Shown: piece by piece, positions 43,725 through 52,996 of the stretch
Numbering within the stretch: the first letter of the stretch is position 1
Layout: each line of letters starts with the position of its first letter
Virus record (IMG/VR): IMGVR_UViG_3300025133_008097
Coordinates: 52,841-116,840 of that record
DNA from: a virus
Direction: 5' to 3' (one strand)
Length of the DNA: 64,000 bases
Translations under genes and position numbers: made by a program
The notes under the pieces: generated by a model
Seen by the model: only the letters and a program-made list of their open reading frames with translations
Database searches by the model: none
What the model was told of the DNA's origin: nothing

Positions 43725-45563
43725 ATGTCTATCGTACAAAAATTAACCGAAGGTATCGTTAACCGCGATCTCTCTACGGAAGGCGCCGCTCTCATTGCAA
43801 AATGGGAGAATACGGGTCTTCTTGAGGGTATCGGCGATGATGCCGCTCGGAACGGGATGGCCCGATTGCTTGAGAACCAGGCAAAAGAGTTACTCCGTGA
43901 GTCGTCCAGCATGGCTGCTGGCGACGTTGAGGGCTTTGCGGCTGTCGCATTTCCCCTCGTTCGCCGCGTTTTCGGTGGCTTAATTGCCAACGATCTCGTA
44001 AGCGTACAACCGATGAGCTTGCCCTCGGGCCTCATCTTCTTCCTGGACTTTGTGTATTCACCTGATGTTGGTGATCGCTCATCCACTAACGGCCGCCTTG
44101 GCGCCGAGCCCAACAAATCCATCTATGGTGGTGGAATTGTCGGTTCGCAGATCACTGGTGGTATCAACCTAGCTTCCGGATCAAATCCAGAAGTTGGTCC
44201 GTATGCCCTTAACAACGGTTATGCGTCCCCGACTGGTTCGGCAACTTTGGCCGGCACTAGCTGGACGATCGTTGCTTCCGGTACTGCGGGTGATTACTAC
44301 GCTACTGGTGGTTTTGGAGCCAGTAAGCACGTCACGCTTGGTTCGCTTTGCGACTTTGATGTGGATCTGTCGGGATCCCCCGTCCTCGTCGCTGAAGTGG
44401 CCCTGTCCTCGTTCAACTTTGAGGGCGAAGAGCTTAACAAGGATGACTTTGTGGCAGTTCAGGTTTCCGGTTCTGGTGGATCTGGTGGCGTTGGTGGTTT
44501 CAACTTCCTCGCCGGTTCAGGTTCTGCGAACAATGGTTCCGCTGGTGGTCACATTCGACTTGTTCGACGTCTCACCCAGTACAGCTCTGCTTCGCAGGGT
44601 GGCCCAATTGGCGACCGCGCTTCGAGCAACGTGCTCCTGGTCTTCGAGGGAACTTCTACCCTTACGCAAGCGATGATTGCTAAGTCGCTTACGGGTTCAC
44701 AAGCTGCCGCGAACACCTGGTCATGGCCCGAGACTGACGACTTCGACAATGGCGGAGCCCTTGGTTCTGTTATTGGTGGAGCGGAATGGGGACTTGAGAA
44801 TAGTCCGAACATTCCGGAGATCGACATCAAGGTCGACAGTGTAGCCGTCACCGCGGTTACCAAGAAGCTCAAGGCTAAGTGGACCCCGGAGTTAGGACAA
44901 GATCTTAACGCCTACCACAACCTTGACGCTGAGGTCGAGCTTACTCAGATTCTGTCTGAGCAGATCGCTCTTGAAATTGATCGCGAGATCCTTGAGGACC
45001 TCGTTCGTGGCTCAACCGCTGGCATCCGCCACTGGTCCCGTGCTGCTGGTCGTTTCGTCAACCGCGAAACTGGTGTGGAAATGGGTGCCTCTACGACGCC
45101 TGACTTCACTGGTAACGTTAGTGAGTGGTATGAGACCCTCGTTGAGACCATCAACGATGTTTCTGCCCAGATCCACCGCAAGACTCTGCGCGGTGCTGCC
45201 AACTTCGTCGTCTGCGGACCTGAAGTTGCCAACATCCTTGAGTTCACCGCTGGCTTCCGCGCTAACGTGACTGCTGATAGTGATCGTGGCGATATTGGAA
45301 CCGTGAAGGTTGGTTCACTTTCGAAGAAGTTCGACATTTATGTCGATCCGTACTTCCCGCGTACTTTGGTCCTCGTTGGCCGACGCGGAGGTAGCTTCCT
45401 AGAGAGTGGCTATGTTTACGCTCCGTACGTGCCACTGCAGACTACGCCTACAATCTTCGGTGTTGAAGATTTCGTGCCCCGTAAGGGAGTCATGACTCGA
45501 TACGCCAAGAAGATGGTGCGTCCTGACATGTACGGTCTTGTGATTGTACAAGATCTAGTCTAG
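43725..45563 (+). CDS. gp23: Major capsid protein (T4 gp23-like)
   Basis: LVSVQPMSLPSGLIFFL, RKLKAKWTPELGQDL-like, ILSEQIALEIDREI, GYVYAPYVPL and GVMTRY motifs. SD AGGAGG. Confidence 0.95.
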   Translation: MSIVQKLTEGIVNRDLSTEGAALIAKWENTGLLEGIGDDAARNGMARLLENQAKELLRESSSMAAGDVEGFAAVAFPLVRRVFGGLIANDLVSVQPMSLPSGLIFFLDFVYSPDVGDRSSTNGRLGAEPNKSIYGGGIVGSQITGGINLASGSNPEVGPYALNNGYASPTGSATLAGTSWTIVASGTAGDYYATGGFGASKHVTLGSLCDFDVDLSGSPVLVAEVALSSFNFEGEELNKDDFVAVQVSGSGGSGGVGGFNFLAGSGSANNGSAGGHIRLVRRLTQYSSASQGGPIGDRASSNVLLVFEGTSTLTQAMIAKSLTGSQAAANTWSWPETDDFDNGGALGSVIGGAEWGLENSPNIPEIDIKVDSVAVTAVTKKLKAKWTPELGQDLNAYHNLDAEVELTQILSEQIALEIDREILEDLVRGSTAGIRHWSRAAGRFVNRETGVEMGASTTPDFTGNVSEWYETLVETINDVSAQIHRKTLRGAANFVVCGPEVANILEFTAGFRANVTADSDRGDIGTVKVGSLSKKFDIYVDPYFPRTLVLVGRRGGSFLESGYVYAPYVPLQTTPTIFGVEDFVPRKGVMTRYAKKMVRPDMYGLVIVQDLV

Positions 45564-45587
45564 AGCTGACTTCGGTCAACTTTTCTG

Positions 45588-45617
45588 AAAGCCCCGGCTC
45601 GAAAGAGCCGGGGCTTT
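45588..45617 (+). terminator. Intrinsic terminator after the major capsid gene
   Basis: Perfect 13-bp stem AAAGCCCCGGCTC / GAGCCGGGGCTTT with GAAA tetraloop. A small C(UUCG)G hairpin precedes it at 45567-45578. Confidence 0.85.
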
Positions 45618-45624
45618 CTATTTA
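45618..45624 (+). promoter_or_regulatory. Putative late promoter motif CTATTTA
   Basis: Abuts the terminator, 32 nt upstream of ATG 45650. Confidence 0.6.
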
Positions 45625-45649
45625 GTAATGAACAAAAGAGGTATTATCA

Positions 45650-46918
45650 ATGGCAATCCCTAATTTACAACCCGCCTCCACGAGTAATTCTAATATTTTA
45701 CCCGTTACGGGAGCGATTGCAAATGTATCTAGCTCGTTGCCATTTGGAATATATGTAGAGTCCGGTCCCTTTTTGTCTGGCGCCGTCGATCAGGTGGCTT
45801 ATACCTACAAGAAGTTAGGCGGAGATGTACTCGATATTGAGTTAAGCGAAGGAAATGTATATGCTGCTTACGAAGAAGCTGTATTAGAGTATTCCTATCT
45901 TATTAATCTTCATCAGACAAAAAATTCGCTATCGAATTATTTAGGCGCAGCAACAGCCTCTTTTAATCAAGATGGACAGATTGAATCAGGGTCAGCTCTT
46001 TCGGGATCGGACATCGAGCTACGCTACCCCAGGTTCGACTATGGTTACGTCCGCCGGATATCCGAAGGTTTAGCCACCGAGACGGGATTCGGCGGCCTCA
46101 CCCCTATTTATTCAGCTTCATTCTCCACTATTCCACAACGACAAGATTATGATCTTCAGACCTTAATTTCTTCGTCGTCCTCTGCTGATACGACGGTGCC
46201 ATATTATGGTGCAGTACAAGATAAGAGAATTATAGTTCGTAAAGTATTTTTTAAGAGCCCGCGTGCCATGTGGAGATTTTATGGTTATTACGGGGGCTTC
46301 TCCGTTGTGGGAAATATGAGAACCTATGGGCAGTTTGCGGATGACTCCACGTTTGACATTATACCGGTGTGGCAGAACAAACTACAGGCTATGGCCTATG
46401 AAGATGCTATATATACACGGACCTCTCATTATTCTTATGAGATTAAAGACAACATGCTCAGGCTTTTCCCCACCCCTGATGACACAAGTCCCAAAAGCTT
46501 TTGGATCCAGTTCACAATTGATAATCAATACGAACCATGGGACGACACTGGCCGCGGCTCCACGGGATCAAAGGGCATAAATAATCTTAACACCGTTCCC
46601 TTTAATAATCTGCCATACTCCAGTATCAATTCTATTGGAAAACAGTGGATCAGGCGCTTTGCACTAGCGCTCACTAAGGAAATGCTGGGGCAAATTCGGG
46701 GCAAGTTTGCCTCCATTCCAATCCCAGGTGAAAGTGTTACACTCAATGCATCGGATCTTTTAAGTCAAGCTGCCGCCGAACAGAGTGCTCTGCGGGATGA
46801 GCTAAAGGCGATTCTGGATATGATTACTTACGATAAGCTGGCTGAGGTTGATTCAAGTATGCAAGACTCAGCCGAAAAAGTTCTTTCCAATGTGCCGACT
46901 GGCATCTACGTAGGCTAG
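45650..46918 (+). CDS. gp13: Neck protein (gp13-like head-tail adaptor)
   Basis: Follows MCP. YKKLGGDVLDIEL N-terminal and WIRRFALALTKEMLGQIRGKF..LNASDLL C-terminal motifs. Confidence 0.8.
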   Translation: MAIPNLQPASTSNSNILPVTGAIANVSSSLPFGIYVESGPFLSGAVDQVAYTYKKLGGDVLDIELSEGNVYAAYEEAVLEYSYLINLHQTKNSLSNYLGAATASFNQDGQIESGSALSGSDIELRYPRFDYGYVRRISEGLATETGFGGLTPIYSASFSTIPQRQDYDLQTLISSSSSADTTVPYYGAVQDKRIIVRKVFFKSPRAMWRFYGYYGGFSVVGNMRTYGQFADDSTFDIIPVWQNKLQAMAYEDAIYTRTSHYSYEIKDNMLRLFPTPDDTSPKSFWIQFTIDNQYEPWDDTGRGSTGSKGINNLNTVPFNNLPYSSINSIGKQWIRRFALALTKEMLGQIRGKFASIPIPGESVTLNASDLLSQAAAEQSALRDELKAILDMITYDKLAEVDSSMQDSAEKVLSNVPTGIYVG

Positions 46919-46931
46919 GGGGACCTGGACT

Positions 46932-47891
46932 ATGGCTCGGAGTAAGCGCACACAAGAAGAAATTCAAAAAAAGACAAGAGACAAAAGGTATGCTTATATT
47001 GGCGACAAGGAAATTGAGGATAAGCTTGAAGAAATAACACTCCAGCCATCGGGCTTGGAAACTATCGATCGTGCGGTCTTAGACTTTGTAAATGCGGACC
47101 TTGACCTCCAGCTTGTTTCTAATGAAGGGTTTAAAAAAGTGCCCGTGTTATGGACGACCACAGAGCGCGCCTACCAAGTCAAAGACGATAAAGAACTTAG
47201 AGACAAAGACGGCACCCTTATCTTGCCCCTCATTACTATCGCACGCACAGGTGTTAATAAAGAACCTAACCGCCGCGGCCTGCCTTATGCCAACCTTTAC
47301 CCGGTTCCCGACGCCCGCGGAGGTACTATTACAATTGCTCGCGGAATTAATCAACAGAAAACTGCTCAATTCCAAAATGCCTATGCGAATCGGCGCTACG
47401 GCGTAAATTCTCAAGTCCGCTCTGCACGCTATAGCGTAAACAAGCGGCTGATGAGCACGCAACGTGTGGTTTATGAAACTGTTACAATTCCTCTCCCAGT
47501 CTGGGTGACCGTTACATATGAAATTGCGTTGCGCTGTGAGTATCAACAACAAATGAATGAACTTATAAGACCGTTTTTTACAATTGCGGGCAATTCCCGG
47601 ATGCCTAGGCGCATAAAAGCACAGGGGCATGCCTATGAAGTCTTCATTAATGGCTCTTTTGCCGACAACTCTAATCAAACCAATTTGGGGATGGAGCAGC
47701 GCAATTATGAAACCATTGTTACCATGGAGGTGTTGGGGTACTTGATTGGGGAAGGTGAAAACCAAGAACCTCCTTCAATTGTTAGACGGGAAAACGCAGT
47801 GGAATATCGTATTGGCCGCGAGCGCACCGTCTTTGACGACGCACCAGTTACTCGCAAAGGACAAGAGGAGGGATGGTATCGTAAGTCCTAA
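46932..47891 (+). CDS. Tail terminator/sheath stabiliser (gp15-like)
   Basis: Lies between neck and sheath. ILPLITIARTG and PVWVTVTYEI motifs. Confidence 0.6.
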   Translation: MARSKRTQEEIQKKTRDKRYAYIGDKEIEDKLEEITLQPSGLETIDRAVLDFVNADLDLQLVSNEGFKKVPVLWTTTERAYQVKDDKELRDKDGTLILPLITIARTGVNKEPNRRGLPYANLYPVPDARGGTITIARGINQQKTAQFQNAYANRRYGVNSQVRSARYSVNKRLMSTQRVVYETVTIPLPVWVTVTYEIALRCEYQQQMNELIRPFFTIAGNSRMPRRIKAQGHAYEVFINGSFADNSNQTNLGMEQRNYETIVTMEVLGYLIGEGENQEPPSIVRRENAVEYRIGRERTVFDDAPVTRKGQEEGWYRKS

Positions 47892-47957
47892 CTGCGATAC
47901 TGGAATCGTGAATTTATCCACTTTAGAAGAGAATAAGTCTGTTACCATTATAAGATA

Positions 47958-47964
47958 CTATTTA
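47958..47964 (+). promoter_or_regulatory. Putative late promoter motif CTATTTA
   Basis: Intergenic, 39 nt upstream of the sheath ATG. Confidence 0.6.
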
Positions 47965-47996
47965 ATAAGACCATTCAGTCATAGGAGAGCTAACTA

Positions 47997-50900
47997 ATGT
48001 CAGTTAAAAACTTTAGATTTGTTTCGCCGGGAGTTTTTGTTGATGAAATCGACAATTCGCAGCTTCCTGCATCGCCCGCAGGCATCGGGCCTGTCATCAT
48101 CGGCCGCGCAGCCAAAGGCCCGGGCCTTCGCCCGGTTTCCGTCAATTCTTTTGAAGATTTTGTGAACGTCTTCGGTGCCCCGAGCCCCGGCAGAGGAGGT
48201 TCGGATGTTTGGCGCACCGGCGCCAATACTACGGCCCCCACATATGGTGCGTACGCGGCGCAGGCTTATCTTAAAAACAGTTCTCCCCTTACTTATGTGC
48301 GACTTCTAGGCGCCGAAGGCGAAGGTTCTCTCTCCGGCGAAGGAAACTCCGGTTGGACCGGGACTCAGGCCTGGGGCTTAGTAGTTTTTGAGGCACTTCC
48401 TTGGTCAGGCGATTTTACCACCTCCGGCTCTAATGCGACGGGATCTTTTGAAGGAGCCCTCGCCGCCATTTTCTATAGCACCGGCTCAAGCCCGGCCCTT
48501 CTTCAGATGTCGGGGAACATTGTGGCGGCTACCGGCTCCACAGCTACCACTGGTATTGCTTCTTCGGGCTCGTCGGTTATCGTTAAGGACACCGGCGTAC
48601 CTTATGAGTTTAATATGCTCATTAAAAGCTATGATGGGACGAACGACCTGAAAACGGTTTTTAATTTTACCAACTCCGATTCCAAATATATTCGTAAGGT
48701 TTTTAATACCAATCCTCAAAAAACCAATAGCGCGATAAACACTGATACGGATAATTACTGGCTTGGGGAGACTTTTGATCGCCACATGAAGGCCAACATT
48801 CCTTCAACAGCAACAACTTACGCCGCTATTGTTCCCCTTACAAACGCGAGCAACGGAACTGCAGCCGGACACCGAGACCCCCTCCAGGCTGCGCAATCTC
48901 CACTTATTTTAGGCTGCGATGTTTTACAGCGTGGTACTTCGACTAACAGCTATAACGTGGAATTAATGCCCGGTCTTTTCACCGTGCATGCTCTAGAAGA
49001 GCCCGGCTCTTGGACTAATAAGAACCTCAAGGTCTCCATTCAGAGCATCAAGAGTTCTACTAACGAGTCCACGGCCTATGGTAGTTTCTCGGTCGTTGTA
49101 AGAAAGTTGGATGACAGTGATAATGTTGTTAAGGTTGTCGAGCAGTTCGATAATTGCAACCTCAATCCGGATTCTCTGGACTATGTCGCGCGCAAGATCG
49201 GAGATCGCCGCCGCGAATGGGTGGCGGCCGAACGTCGATACCGCGTCGAGGGACAGTACGACAGCCGATCAGACTACATTCGTGTGGCCATGGCAGACGA
49301 TGTGGAGAGCTATGCGATTGACGCAGCGACTCTTCCTTTCGGTTTCCGCGGCATTATCAAGTACCTAGACGACAGCACCCTCACGATTAATGAAAGCAAA
49401 GGTAACTGGGTCAGTGCATCCTCTACTATCGGTGGCGATTATCGCTACAGTGCTTCCACAGCTGTGGGAGGCTTCGCCGGAGACGAGAATAGCAACACTT
49501 CGGTTTTCTCTATCAGTGGATCAGCCCTCACGGCGTCTGTGCTAAATCCGGCACCTGAATTCCGCGTAAGCGCTTCGGCTGGCAATCTTGCTAGCCCCAC
49601 GGATGCCTACTTCGGAATGCAAACCACCCGAACTGCTGGCGGTACCACTTTTGATGACTCCAACGTGGACCTCTATATGGCCCGCGGCGGACTTGTTACT
49701 TCAATGTTCGGCGGCCCAGCAGCCAACATCTCTGAACGCTCCACGTGGTTTACTTTGGATGATATTACGGGCTCTGGTGGCTTTGCTTACTGGGTATCTG
49801 GTTCTCACGCAGCGGGTACTTCGCTCACCTGTCAGTCGGGCGCAGTCTCTGGCGTCCTGGGCGCCGGCTTCGACCGCTTTACGGTACCGTTGTACGGCGG
49901 CTTTGATGGTCTCGATATCACCGAGATGAATCCTTTCCGGAATTCGTTACTCAACGGTATTAGCAGTATCTCTGATCAGAACAGCTATCAGTTTAACAGT
50001 ATCAAGAGAGCTATGGACTCTGTTTCGGACCCTGAGGTTGTCGAGATGAACCTTGCCTCTATGCCTGGTCTTACACACGAAGGTCTTACAAACCACTTAC
50101 TCAACATTTGTGAAGATCGCGCTGATGCCCTAGCGGTTATTGACTTGAAGGGCGGTTTCGCTCCTCGCGCCGATAGCACAAGTATCAGCCGAAACAACAC
50201 CGCGAGTGCCCTGAAGACAGTTATCAATAACTTGAGGGACCGAGCGCTTAACTCTTCGTATGGTTGTGCTTTCTATCCTTGGGTTCGCTCCCGCGACACC
50301 ATCGCTGGAAACATGGTTTGGCTGCCGCCTTCCATTGCTGCCCTTGGTACTTTCTCAAGTTCCCAGCGTAAAACGCAGGTGTGGTTCGCTCCCGCCGGCT
50401 TTAATCGCGGCGGACTCACAGAAGGATCAGCTGGTATTCCAGTCCTTGACGTGTCGCACCAGCTGCGACGCAAGGACCGTGACGACTTGTATGAGGCGAA
50501 CATTAACCCGATCGCCAAGTTCCCGGCAGAAGGCATTGTAATCTTTGGTCAGAAGACCCTGCAGGTTACCCCCTCCGCCCTCGATCGGATTAACGTGCGG
50601 CGCCTGATGATTTTCGTCAAGAAGCGCATCTCGCAAATGTCTTCGCGACTCCTCTTCGATCCTAACGTACAGATCACTTGGGATCGGTTCATCGGAATGG
50701 TGAAGCCTTTCTTAGGCGAAGTGCAGGGTAACTTTGGACTTAGCGATTTTAGGGTGGTTTTAGATGAGACGACAACCACTCCCGAGTTAGTCGATAGGAA
50801 CATCTTATATGCCCAGATTTTCTTGAAGCCCACCCGCGCCATCGAGTTCATTGCCATTGATTTCAATATTAGTCGCACGGGAGCATCTTTCGATGACTAA
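47997..50900 (+). CDS. gp18: Tail sheath protein (gp18-like)
   Basis: FVSPGVFVDEID N-terminus. WFAPAGFNRG, LYEANINPI and GQKTLQ..SALDRINVRRL C-terminal motifs. Confidence 0.95.
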   Translation: MSVKNFRFVSPGVFVDEIDNSQLPASPAGIGPVIIGRAAKGPGLRPVSVNSFEDFVNVFGAPSPGRGGSDVWRTGANTTAPTYGAYAAQAYLKNSSPLTYVRLLGAEGEGSLSGEGNSGWTGTQAWGLVVFEALPWSGDFTTSGSNATGSFEGALAAIFYSTGSSPALLQMSGNIVAATGSTATTGIASSGSSVIVKDTGVPYEFNMLIKSYDGTNDLKTVFNFTNSDSKYIRKVFNTNPQKTNSAINTDTDNYWLGETFDRHMKANIPSTATTYAAIVPLTNASNGTAAGHRDPLQAAQSPLILGCDVLQRGTSTNSYNVELMPGLFTVHALEEPGSWTNKNLKVSIQSIKSSTNESTAYGSFSVVVRKLDDSDNVVKVVEQFDNCNLNPDSLDYVARKIGDRRREWVAAERRYRVEGQYDSRSDYIRVAMADDVESYAIDAATLPFGFRGIIKYLDDSTLTINESKGNWVSASSTIGGDYRYSASTAVGGFAGDENSNTSVFSISGSALTASVLNPAPEFRVSASAGNLASPTDAYFGMQTTRTAGGTTFDDSNVDLYMARGGLVTSMFGGPAANISERSTWFTLDDITGSGGFAYWVSGSHAAGTSLTCQSGAVSGVLGAGFDRFTVPLYGGFDGLDITEMNPFRNSLLNGISSISDQNSYQFNSIKRAMDSVSDPEVVEMNLASMPGLTHEGLTNHLLNICEDRADALAVIDLKGGFAPRADSTSISRNNTASALKTVINNLRDRALNSSYGCAFYPWVRSRDTIAGNMVWLPPSIAALGTFSSSQRKTQVWFAPAGFNRGGLTEGSAGIPVLDVSHQLRRKDRDDLYEANINPIAKFPAEGIVIFGQKTLQVTPSALDRINVRRLMIFVKKRISQMSSRLLFDPNVQITWDRFIGMVKPFLGEVQGNFGLSDFRVVLDETTTTPELVDRNILYAQIFLKPTRAIEFIAIDFNISRTGASFDD

Positions 50901-50968
50901 AAAGAGAAATGAAAGGATTTTTCAAGGAGCGTATCTAGTTAATACAGCCCTTCTAGGAGATTATTAAA

Positions 50969-51523
50969 ATGCCATTTTGGACACTACCCGGCTCAGAGCC
51001 GAAAAGACAACATCGATTTACGGTTAACTTTTCCGGGATCGGTATGTATAAGCTCTATTTAGCCAAATCAGCGACGAAGCCTTCTTTTGAAGTAAGCGAA
51101 ACCGAGCACAAATTCTTAGGAAATACCTATTACTATCCCGGGTCCGTAACATGGAATGAAGTTACGGTGACCTTGGTTAACTCAGTTGACCCTGATGGCC
51201 AGGCCCTTCTCCTTAGGGCCCTCGAAGGATCGGGCTACCTTGTCCCCCCGGAACAGCGCAAGAAGCTAGGGACCACGCCGGGAACCATTAATAAGAAAGA
51301 CTCACAGCAGGCTTTGGGTACCGTTACCATTAAGGAACTTGATGGCGATGGTAGTAAGATTGCCGAGTGGACGCTCCGCAATGCTTTCATTAAGTCTGCC
51401 ACTTTTGGTGATTTGGACTATGATGGTGATGATTTACTTAATATTGAGATCGGAATGCGGTATGATTGGGCAGAGTATGATGGCCGTCAGATACCAACCA
51501 CCAACTTCGGCGCCGGTACTTAG
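50969..51523 (+). CDS. gp19: Tail tube protein (gp19-like)
   Basis: 184 aa after the sheath. YYPGSVTWNEVTVT, WTLRNAFI..FGDLDY and RYDWA motifs. Confidence 0.9.
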   Translation: MPFWTLPGSEPKRQHRFTVNFSGIGMYKLYLAKSATKPSFEVSETEHKFLGNTYYYPGSVTWNEVTVTLVNSVDPDGQALLLRALEGSGYLVPPEQRKKLGTTPGTINKKDSQQALGTVTIKELDGDGSKIAEWTLRNAFIKSATFGDLDYDGDDLLNIEIGMRYDWAEYDGRQIPTTNFGAGT

Positions 51524-51542
51524 AAAAGAAAGAAGGTAATGA

Positions 51543-52415
51543 ATGGCACAAAGAAACAATCTGGAGCGCGCTCTTGGAGGCAATCCAGTTAACCCGGACC
51601 AAGGAAGTCCGGCCCCTGCCGTTGAGGATAATTCTACAACAGCGTTTTCGTTTGTAACACCAACTGATTTTGTAGACCTCCCCAGCAAAGGCAGATTTTA
51701 TGGTGAAGGTCACCCTCTTCACGGCTCCGACACCGTTGAGATCCGTCATATGACGGCCAAAGAAGAAGATATTTTGACCTCTGAGTCTTTTCTTAAGAAA
51801 GGCGTCGCAGTCGATCGACTTCTTCAATCAGTAATCGTTAATAAACAAATCAAAGTAACCGACCTTTTGTTGGGAGATAAGAATGCGCTTATTATGGCGA
51901 CACGTATCACCGGCTTCGGCGCCGGCTATGAGACTCGCATAAAGTGCCCGGGCTGTGATGACATTTGCAACCACACCTTTAACCTACAAGAATTAGAATT
52001 GGACACTGCACAAGAGTTGCCCGAGAGCGCTACTCTTCTGCCTTCGGGCCACTTCGAGGTGGCACTAGAGATTGGGACAACAACTGTCACAGTCGAACTT
52101 AAACTTTTGACTGGCGCTGATGAGAACTCATGGACCGCCCGCAAGGCTAAACAAAAGAAGATGAACCTTCCCGAGTCGCCCATCACCAATCAACTCCATA
52201 TGATCATTCAGGGAGTTAATGGAATGTCGGACCCCAACTCTATCGCACAATTTATCGATGTGCTTCCGGCAAGCGCTTCCCGCAAATTGCGAGCCACTTA
52301 TGATAAGGTGGTACCTGACGTAGATTTAACTCAAGAGTTTACTTGTGACAATTGTCTGCATGAGGGGAGGATCGGCGTACCTTTGGGCGTCGACTTTTTT
52401 TGGCCTAACGTCTAA
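51543..52415 (+). CDS. Tail/baseplate assembly chaperone (gp26-like) with Zn-ribbon Cys pairs
   Basis: Follows the tube gene. LPSKGRFY..MTAKEEDIL, CPGC and CDNC motifs. Confidence 0.75.
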   Translation: MAQRNNLERALGGNPVNPDQGSPAPAVEDNSTTAFSFVTPTDFVDLPSKGRFYGEGHPLHGSDTVEIRHMTAKEEDILTSESFLKKGVAVDRLLQSVIVNKQIKVTDLLLGDKNALIMATRITGFGAGYETRIKCPGCDDICNHTFNLQELELDTAQELPESATLLPSGHFEVALEIGTTTVTVELKLLTGADENSWTARKAKQKKMNLPESPITNQLHMIIQGVNGMSDPNSIAQFIDVLPASASRKLRATYDKVVPDVDLTQEFTCDNCLHEGRIGVPLGVDFFWPNV

Positions 52416-52614
52416 ATACCAAGAGGGCGTCTATGAAGAACTGTTCGTTCTCAAACATCATGGGGGCTGGTCCTTCTTTGAAGCATACAACTTACCGATT
52501 CAGCTGCGTCGATGGTTTGTTAATCGATTGATTGATGAATTTGAAAAAGAGTCCAAAGCTATGAAGGAAAGCTCAGCTAAGTCCAAATCCTCCAAGAAGA
52601 GCCGTTCATATTAA
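52396..52614 (+). CDS. Start-less +1-frame extension of the chaperone (gp51-like/GT-like), probably reached by frameshifting
   Basis: T7 run at 52395-52401. The +1 frame reads FFGLTSKYQEGVYEELFVLKHHGGWSFFEAYNLPIQLRRWF... with no ATG/GTG/TTG between the slip site and this core. Confidence 0.6.
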   Translation, partial: FFGLTSKYQEGVYEELFVLKHHGGWSFFEAYNLPIQLRRWFVNRLIDEFEKESKAMKESSAKSKSSKKSRSY

Positions 52615-52628
52615 TGTGCGGCTTTTTT
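52600..52628 (+). terminator. Probable intrinsic terminator
   Basis: AGCCG...CGGCT stem with inner CAT/ATG pairing, followed by a T6 tract. Confidence 0.55.
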
Positions 52629-52636
52629 GGTTTAAA

Positions 52637-52643
52637 CTAATTA
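52637..52643 (+). promoter_or_regulatory. Putative late promoter motif CTAATTA
   Basis: After the terminator, 25 nt upstream of ATG 52662. Confidence 0.6.
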
Positions 52644-52661
52644 CTTACGAGAGGGCCCCCC

Positions 52662-52985
52662 ATGGATGAATTAGTACCGGATGTAATCGACCTAAACGTT
52701 GACCCCAGCAGTATAGATGAAAGCTGGCTGCGTTCGTTTGGTTTTCTTACTACCAAACTGCTCCAGCATATGTTTGCTGGTCATCCTGCGCCTTTCAAAG
52801 TACGCGGTACATCTAGCCAAGTAGCCGCATTTGCTACGGCCTTAGGAAATGAGAAGCGGTATATGGACTCCTTCCTGAAATACGGCCTTAATGATGAACA
52901 CACTTTGCGCAGCCGTTCTCGTCTGATGGGCGCCGTGAGCAAGTTTGAGAAAGAGACAGGGCTCCGCTGGCCGTATAACAGTTAA
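52662..52985 (+). CDS. Hypothetical protein between chaperone and tape measure
   Basis: 107 aa, with its own late motif and SD-like GAGAGGG. Confidence 0.55.
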   Translation: MDELVPDVIDLNVDPSSIDESWLRSFGFLTTKLLQHMFAGHPAPFKVRGTSSQVAAFATALGNEKRYMDSFLKYGLNDEHTLRSRSRLMGAVSKFEKETGLRWPYNS

Positions 52986-52996
52986 GGTACGGGTTT

